A DNA stretch of 64,000 nucleotides from Coleofasciculus sp. B1-GNL1-01. GTDB lineage: Bacteria; Cyanobacteriota; Cyanobacteriia; Cyanobacteriales; Coleofasciculaceae. The translations under genes were made by a program, and so were the position numbers. The notes beneath the pieces are model-generated. The model saw only the letters and a program-made list of their open reading frames with translations, was not told where the DNA came from and ran no database searches. Positions 60,268-64,000 of the stretch are shown piece after piece. Every line of letters begins with the position of its first letter. Positions within the stretch are counted from its first letter, which is position 1. Location: the NCBI GenBank assembly GCA_040220235.1, contig JAVJTO010000112.1. One strand, given 5' to 3'.

Positions 60268-61161
60268 CTAAGAAATCTTTTCCACCGACCAATTTTTAAT
60301 CACCCGGAGTTGGGTTGGGTGTGCTGTTCCTGAAGCATTGGGGGCATCCTGCTGGGCTTGTATTGCCTTGTTGAGAAATTCCATTTGCTCTTTAATCTGT
60401 TGGAATTGACTTTGTAGTTTTTCCAAGTCTGAGGGAGTCAGTGCAGGGGTCACATTCTGCGGTTCGCTTGGGGCTTTTTTGGACGCATAAGCCATGTAGG
60501 TTTGGGCGGAAGCAAACTTGGCGGCGGCGGATTGCACGGTGGCTGGAGTAGAACTCTCAGAGGGAGTCGTCGCGAGTGAAGTATTAATCACAAAGGGAGG
60601 AGACGACGGTGCAGGTGCTGGTTTGACCTCTGGCTGGGGAGTTGGTGCAGGTTCCGGTTGAGTCAGTTGGGGTAGTGACAATGCAGGTTCCGGTTGACTT
60701 TGTTCAGGTGCGGGTTCTGATGCGGATTGAGCTGGCTGTTCCTCTGGAGACGCCTGGACTCCGGTTTGGAGTTCTTCATCCAAAAAGGAGGTTAAGCCAG
60801 AGGCGGTTAGTCGAGATTCTTCCGCTTTGAGAGACTCTAATAATTCGTCTCGTTCTTTCAAGTTTTGCTCCAAACTGGAGAGTTGTGCTTCCGTCTCCGC
60901 AGATTTACGGGCAGACTGACGCCAACCAGTTATGGCAATACTAGAGGCTCCTGCTGTCAAGCCGAGTACAGCCGCTAAACCTAGGTAAGGCATAGCCACA
61001 TTAGGATCTCGGAGTTCCCCATGAAATATAGGTTCGTCTTGGAGTTGAATGGTGACTGGCTGATCCCCAAAGATAGCCAGAGGTAAGGTCAAGACACCAA
61101 AGACGGCGGTCGAGATAACGGCGGGTGTAATTAAGAATCGTTGTAGTGGAGAGCCCGTCAT
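60268..61161 (-). CDS. Cyanobacterial membrane protein (2 TM, coiled coil, Pro-rich tail)
   Basis: Two hydrophobic N-terminal segments, then coiled-coil and PEP-rich regions. Confidence 0.75.
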   Translation of the reverse strand: MTGSPLQRFLITPAVISTAVFGVLTLPLAIFGDQPVTIQLQDEPIFHGELRDPNVAMPYLGLAAVLGLTAGASSIAITGWRQSARKSAETEAQLSSLEQNLKERDELLESLKAEESRLTASGLTSFLDEELQTGVQASPEEQPAQSASEPAPEQSQPEPALSLPQLTQPEPAPTPQPEVKPAPAPSSPPFVINTSLATTPSESSTPATVQSAAAKFASAQTYMAYASKKAPSEPQNVTPALTPSDLEKLQSQFQQIKEQMEFLNKAIQAQQDAPNASGTAHPTQLRVIKNWSVEKIS

Positions 61162-61702
61162 AATTTGTAGTTCCTAGTGACAATTTCCAGTGTTCGTCGT
61201 ACTGTACTGTTAATGACTATTAAACGTTGGCGAGAGAAATTCCAACTGGCAGGAGGACTTCAAGGAGGACTGTTTTAAGGTTAATCTTTGTGACGAAAAA
61301 TGTCCATATATTTTTATAAAGTTACGATTAAGAATCAGAGGATAAGTCCGTATTTTTACGTAAACTTTATAAACCTAAAATCTCTTTACAATTAAAGTTC
61401 AAAGAGAGAAAATATTACTAGGACGAGGGAACATCAGATAGAGACTTCGGGTCAAACTCGACAGGGTGAGGAACAGTCTTGACCCAAACAAAACAAGCTC
61501 TCTCCGGTGCTGACAATTTTTGGCTCATTTCTTAACTCTAAGCCAGTTGGCTATACCCCCTAGACTTTATCTAGAATACTGAGTAGACAGGAGAGCGATC
61601 GCTTGGAGGAGTCGATTGGGATAAACGTCTGTCACAACTCCCAGGAATTGCCAAGCCCAGTTTGAAATCGTCACAGTTTCTGATTCGGATATCCACAGCA
61701 CT

Positions 61703-63847
61703 ATGTTTAACGTTTTCCAAGACCTGCTCTTACCCATTAGCCACATCCCATCCCTATTGCTACGCCGGATGAGGAAGCCCTTGACCCAAGCCCAACAGCG
61801 GGCAGAAGGTAGATGGCATAAGGGATTTATCCCGATGCCAAAGGCATCAGCTTGGGCGCGATCGCCAGGACGCAAGGATTTGTCGCCCCCACTGCAAAAC
61901 AATACCCAGGAACGAAGGCGAAAAGTCCGGGGCTTACGCCGAGGGATTTGTTTCCTCTTAGCATTCCTTTTATCACTGGTGATGGGCGTCGATTGGGCAA
62001 CAGATTTACCCGTGGCGGCGACGAACAATCCCATCATTACCGTTACCTTCCCCCTTTCCACCGAGGGAGCAAAAATCGTGGATGCGACAGGTAAACCTAT
62101 CATTCTGCGAGGCGTAAACTGGTTTGGTATTGAAACCGAAATGCACGCCCCTCACGGGTTGTGGAAACGGGATTATAAGGAGATGTTGGCGCAGATTAAA
62201 GGGTTAGGATACAACATGATCCGACTCCCTTATGCCGTAAAATCCCTGAGAGCTCCAGAAGTGACGGGTATTGACTATAGTATCGGTGCAAATGCTGAAC
62301 TAGAAGGGAAATCGCCCCTACAGGTGATGGATATGATTATCCAAGAAGCCGATCGCCAAGGGTTAATGATTCTGTTGGACTCTCACCGACTCAACGATGA
62401 ACGGATTCCGGAATTGTGGTACGGCGATGGCTTCACTGAAGCCGATTGGATCGATACCTGGGAAGTCTTAGCCAGACGCTACAAAAATCAATTAAACGTG
62501 ATTGGGGCGGATCTGAAAAACGAACCCCATGGGCGTGCGAGTTGGGGAACTGGAGATTTAGAAACCGATTGGCGACTGGCGGCGGAACGGGCTGGAAATG
62601 CGATTCTGGAGATTAACCCGGATTGGTTAATGGTGGTTGAAGGGGTGGAAAATAACGTTCCCGGTCAACAACTGGAGATTCATTGGATGGGCGCTAATCT
62701 AGAGGGCGTGGAACGCTTCCCAGTACGATTGTCCCGTCCTAATAAAGTGGTCTATTCTCCCCATGAATATGGTCCGGGCGTCTTTGATCAACCCTGGTTT
62801 TCTGAACCCAGTTTTCCCCAAAATCTCACCCGACGCTGGGAAATCGGCTGGAATTATATTGCCAGAAAAGGAATCGCCCCCGTCTTTATCGGGGAGTTTG
62901 GCGGACGACAAGTTGATTCCCAATCCAAGGAAGGCGTTTGGCAACAGAAACTGGTTAATTTTGTGCAGAAAGAGGATTTGGGTTTTGCCTACTGGAGTTG
63001 GAATCCCAATAGTGATGATACCGGAGGACTGCTCAAAGATGACTGGCTGACGGTGCAGGAACCGAAGCAAGATTTACTGCAAGGAGTCCTAATTGCCACT
63101 CGATTTGCCCACAAACCCGCCATGGCGTTCATTCCTGATATTAAACCCAGTCCATCCCTAGGGATGAATCCCACCCTCAAACCCCGTCCCCGTCAACCGG
63201 AATTAAAAGTCACCTCAACGATGCGATCGGATTGGCAAGATGGGTTTTGTATGAGTATCGAGGTGATCAATCCCACAGATCAGGCGGTGAGGGATTGGCA
63301 AGTGCAGTTCCAGATGAATCAGGCGACAATTAGTCAGACCTGGAATGGGAACTTTAAAGCCCAGGGTTCAGAGTATGTCGGGAAACCCTTGGACTGGGGA
63401 CGGGCGATCGCACCCGGAAAAAGCCGCGAGTTAGGATTTTGCGCCAATAAGCAAGGTGCGGATTACCAACCGCGAGAACTGTCAGCCGTGGCGGTTAGGA
63501 GTGATGCTGAGTTTCCTCCCTCCGTCAGAATTCCCACCACTCCACCGCAATTGAAAGTCATGTCTAATCTACAATCGGATTGGCAAGAGGGATTTTGCAT
63601 GAGTTTAGCGGTTATTAATCCCACGGATAACAAAGTGCGCGACTGGCAAGTGCAATTTGAGATGAATCAAGCGGCGATTAATCAGAGTTGGAATGGGAAT
63701 TTTCAACAGAAAGGATCACGATATATTGTCACGCCGATGGATTGGGGACGGGTGATTGAACCGGGACAAAAGCATGATTTGGGATTTTGTGCGAATAAGC
63801 AAGGTTCCGATTACCAGCCTCAGCAACTGATGGCGTCGAGTCGATAA
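61703..63847 (+). CDS. GH5 endoglucanase with two C-terminal CBM2-like domains (true start probably downstream)
   Basis: LRGVNWFGIET, DLKNEPH (acid/base), YSPHEYG, IGEFGG (nucleophile) and WSWNPNSDDTGG motifs; two SDWQxGFC...WNG...GFCA repeats. Confidence 0.93.
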   Translation: MFNVFQDLLLPISHIPSLLLRRMRKPLTQAQQRAEGRWHKGFIPMPKASAWARSPGRKDLSPPLQNNTQERRRKVRGLRRGICFLLAFLLSLVMGVDWATDLPVAATNNPIITVTFPLSTEGAKIVDATGKPIILRGVNWFGIETEMHAPHGLWKRDYKEMLAQIKGLGYNMIRLPYAVKSLRAPEVTGIDYSIGANAELEGKSPLQVMDMIIQEADRQGLMILLDSHRLNDERIPELWYGDGFTEADWIDTWEVLARRYKNQLNVIGADLKNEPHGRASWGTGDLETDWRLAAERAGNAILEINPDWLMVVEGVENNVPGQQLEIHWMGANLEGVERFPVRLSRPNKVVYSPHEYGPGVFDQPWFSEPSFPQNLTRRWEIGWNYIARKGIAPVFIGEFGGRQVDSQSKEGVWQQKLVNFVQKEDLGFAYWSWNPNSDDTGGLLKDDWLTVQEPKQDLLQGVLIATRFAHKPAMAFIPDIKPSPSLGMNPTLKPRPRQPELKVTSTMRSDWQDGFCMSIEVINPTDQAVRDWQVQFQMNQATISQTWNGNFKAQGSEYVGKPLDWGRAIAPGKSRELGFCANKQGADYQPRELSAVAVRSDAEFPPSVRIPTTPPQLKVMSNLQSDWQEGFCMSLAVINPTDNKVRDWQVQFEMNQAAINQSWNGNFQQKGSRYIVTPMDWGRVIEPGQKHDLGFCANKQGSDYQPQQLMASSR

Positions 63848-64000
63848 TCGGATATCAAGCCGTTACATAAGACTTACCCAAAGCTACCCACAAATGGACA
63901 TCCCTGGAACTTACTTCCTGCTTCATCCTGGCGGTGTCGGCACTCAACCAGTCCACAAGCTAACACCACCTAACTGGCGGCTATCTCCAAATTAATGGAG

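Larger units (their letters stand above)
1..64000. repeat. Dispersed HIP1 octamer GCGATCGC
   Basis: Dozens of copies in core genes. None noticed inside the AT-rich cassettes at about 12.6-14.9 kb, 26.1-27.4 kb and 37.7-38.9 kb. Confidence 0.9.

Noticed and set aside
61567..62103. 178-aa minus-strand ORF and other antisense ORFs within long genes
   Set aside because: These are shadows of well-supported genes on the opposite strand with no motifs of their own.

Overview
This is chromosomal DNA of a cyanobacterium. The HIP1 octamer GCGATCGC is abundant, and kaiABC, ntcA, an hli gene and a CruA-type cyclase are present. The heavy load of 7-9-mer tandem repeats, GTAG-ended REP-like palindromes and MITEs suggests a filamentous, Coleofasciculus/Oscillatoriales-like strain (inference). 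Core or housekeeping genes: a 5'-truncated PAS adenylate cyclase, an ECF Ni/Co importer (cbiMQO plus two exported proteins), rpmF, an lpxB-like gene, mraY, dnaK, tRNA-Arg(CCG), fabI, ntcA, cruA, kaiABC with a divergent hybrid kinase, a class V aminotransferase, an OFA-family MFS transporter and an M48 peptidase. Three small AT-rich accessory cassettes stand out. (1) A convergent DUF5131 (Gp37/Gp68, three-Cys radical-SAM-like) plus TcmP pair, with a LexA-like box over the promoter. (2) A Panacea (DUF4065) antitoxin plus PemK/MazF-like toxin just downstream of the tRNA. (3) A PD-(D/E)XK nuclease plus TOPRIM-like pair bracketed by an exact 26-bp direct repeat. The window also encodes three secreted cellulase-family enzymes (GH9-CBM3, Ig-GH9, GH5-2xCBM2) and IS1634 debris, and several genes carry in-frame repeat insertions. 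No CRISPR array or rRNA was seen. All family assignments come from motif recognition by eye, not from database searches.
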